This document shows positions 59,750-64,000 of a stretch of DNA of 64,000 nucleotides, one piece after another. The stretch comes from the human T2T-CHM13v2.0 reference genome, Homo sapiens. The first letter of the stretch is position 1. Each line of letters starts with the position of its first letter. The stretch lies in NCBI RefSeq assembly GCF_009914755.1, contig NC_060943.1. The stretch is one strand, 5' to 3'. Under the pieces are notes generated by a model that was not told the DNA's origin, made no database searches, and saw nothing but the letters and a program-made list of their open reading frames with translations. The position numbers and the translations under genes were made by a program.

Positions 59750-60600
59750 CTCTCACTACACATAGTTTCAAAAACTGCCCTTTCAGTGGAAAAGTTTTTT
59801 ACGTCTTAAGAAAAACCTGATTGTTTAAAGTCAGGTCTGCAGTAAACGGGCGGCTATTTTTAAGTGCTTGGGGACATATGTCTGCAACCCATGGAAAGAA
59901 GAGAAGCCGTTTGTCTTGGGAGCTTGTCCAGAATGACTGGAGTGACGTGGAGTGCGGGGTTGGAGGTGGGAGTGGGGGGGACACGAGCTGTCAGCCTGCC
60001 AGAAGCACAAAAAAACTCCCAAAATATTCCAGAACATTCCTTCTCGAGTCGTCAGAAATCATACTATCCGGGCCGCGCCTCAAAGTTCCCACTCAGCAAG
60101 CAGTTGTTTTCCGTTTCATTTTCCCTCTTCTTTTTTTTTTCCCCTCAAATCACATTTGTTTTTCCACAATCGAAGGCGCTCACACACATCTCGCCCTGAA
60201 ATTCAGACACACTGTTCTCACCTAGAATTGTAAACAGCAACCTCTCCACCCCCTCCCGTGGCCGGGTGTTTGGGTGATGCTGGAAAAATCTTCTAAAGGC
60301 AGGGAGAAAAAAAGGGAGTTTTCCAAAAATCGACACAGGGCTTACGTTACACAGAGTTTATGCAATCAGCCCCTGGAAACAACTAGACGGGCCTCCCCAG
60401 CTGCAGAGGCTCTGAGTAGCAATAAAGTCGTGAGAAGGGAAAGTCAGCCTTTGGCAAGAATCCCCGACTCCCCCATGAAAGTGATAAGGGCGGTGTGGAC
60501 CGCAGCTGGGAGGCCAACTGCGTATTTGAAATATGTTGGCAAGGCCAGGTTCTCGTAAAGCATCACAGAGGTCCTGTGGAATAGATTCCTCCAGCCTGAG
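59750..60600. promoter_or_regulatory. Candidate enhancer (MEF2, CRE-like, FOXO, IRF)
   Basis: CTATTTTTAA 59854-59863, TGACGTGG 59943, GTAAACA 60230, GTTTCATTTTCC 60113; ~850 bp unique sequence with elevated CpG. Confidence 0.62.
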
Positions 60601-60671
60601 ACCCTGGCGCACCCTTGGGTCACTGGTGGTGTGCCAGGATTTTATTTACTTATTTGCTTGCTCGTGTGTTA

Positions 60672-63395
<2,724 letters not shown>

Positions 63396-64000
63396 ATAGA
63401 AAATGCAGCCTCCGTGACTTGCCCGAGGTCCCCAAGCTGGGACAAAATGGGATACATCTCAGCAGCCAGGTTTGTCCCCAAAGGGGGCTGTAAAACCTCG
63501 TGGGAACCCACAGGGACCCGCCCCTTGAAGGTGGTGATGGTCCCCACTGCCTGCTGGCTTCGCTGGTGACTCAGTACCCACCAGGCCAAGGTGTGTCTGG
63601 GAGCTGCCTCTCTGGACGGCCACCCCACCTTTTGTACATGGCCTCTTGGTGCCTGGGACACAGTGAGTCACAAGACAAAGCCGTCAGATTGTCTGGGGCA
63701 AAACCCTTTGTGGCAACAGATGGACAAGCCTGGTAAATGGCCCGGGCAGCTGGGCAGCCAGCGCTTTGTAAAACCTTTCCAAGTGGTCCTCTTTGAACCT
63801 GATGAGGACAAAAGCCAATGGCCAATCATCTCTGAAAGTCCTCAAAAGTGCACAGACATACCCTTCTTTGTGCATGGGGACAGAAGACTTTCAACGTGAA
63901 TGCGATTCCTTCATTCTGTCCCGGTGAGCCTCACTTATTTGGGGCATCAAGTATCCCAGCCTGGAAGACAAATTGTTTCACCTTCACCATGAATGGTGTG

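Overview
Human genomic DNA, most likely chr19p13.11. The assignment comes from the AP1M1 C-terminal exons and an AluYb-lineage insertion. The first ~0.5 kb holds the last two coding exons of AP1M1 (…VRYLKIIEKSGYQALPWVRYITQNG/DYQLRTQ*), followed by its 3' UTR with a proximal ATTAAA (1394) and a possible distal AATAAA cluster (~11.96 kb). No other protein-coding gene is supported; the remaining ORFs are Alu-derived, microsatellite-derived or chance frames. The rest is very Alu-dense (about 90 copies by eye, roughly 40-45% of bases), with L1M/L1MB, L2, MIR, CR1/L3-like, MaLR-LTR and DNA-transposon (MER2, MER20, MER53, MER58, MADE1) remnants. Between the repeats are unique, motif-rich islands (~25.3, 26.6, 30.3, 33.4, 39.8, 50.5, 53.2, 59.9, 61.2 and 63.6 kb). 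They look like a distal enhancer cluster with MEF2, CRE, FOX, ETS, GATA, IRF, NF-kB, octamer and PU.1 motifs. KLF2, a known MEF2/FOXO1 target, is the next gene beyond the right edge (recalled gene order, not visible here). Notable observations: a repeated TGACGTGG + GGCTATTTTTAA module, two MEF2-like/TATATAAA elements with the same spacing, a strong CTCF motif, a mosaic AluYb with a 17-bp TSD tail-to-tail with an inverted Alu, a 37-nt U2 fragment in an Alu tail, a 75-bp templated insertion into an Alu, a 150-bp hairpin-containing duplication and a perfected MADE1 palindrome. I see no evidence of a wholly new biological system. Repeat boundaries and subfamilies were read by eye and are approximate.
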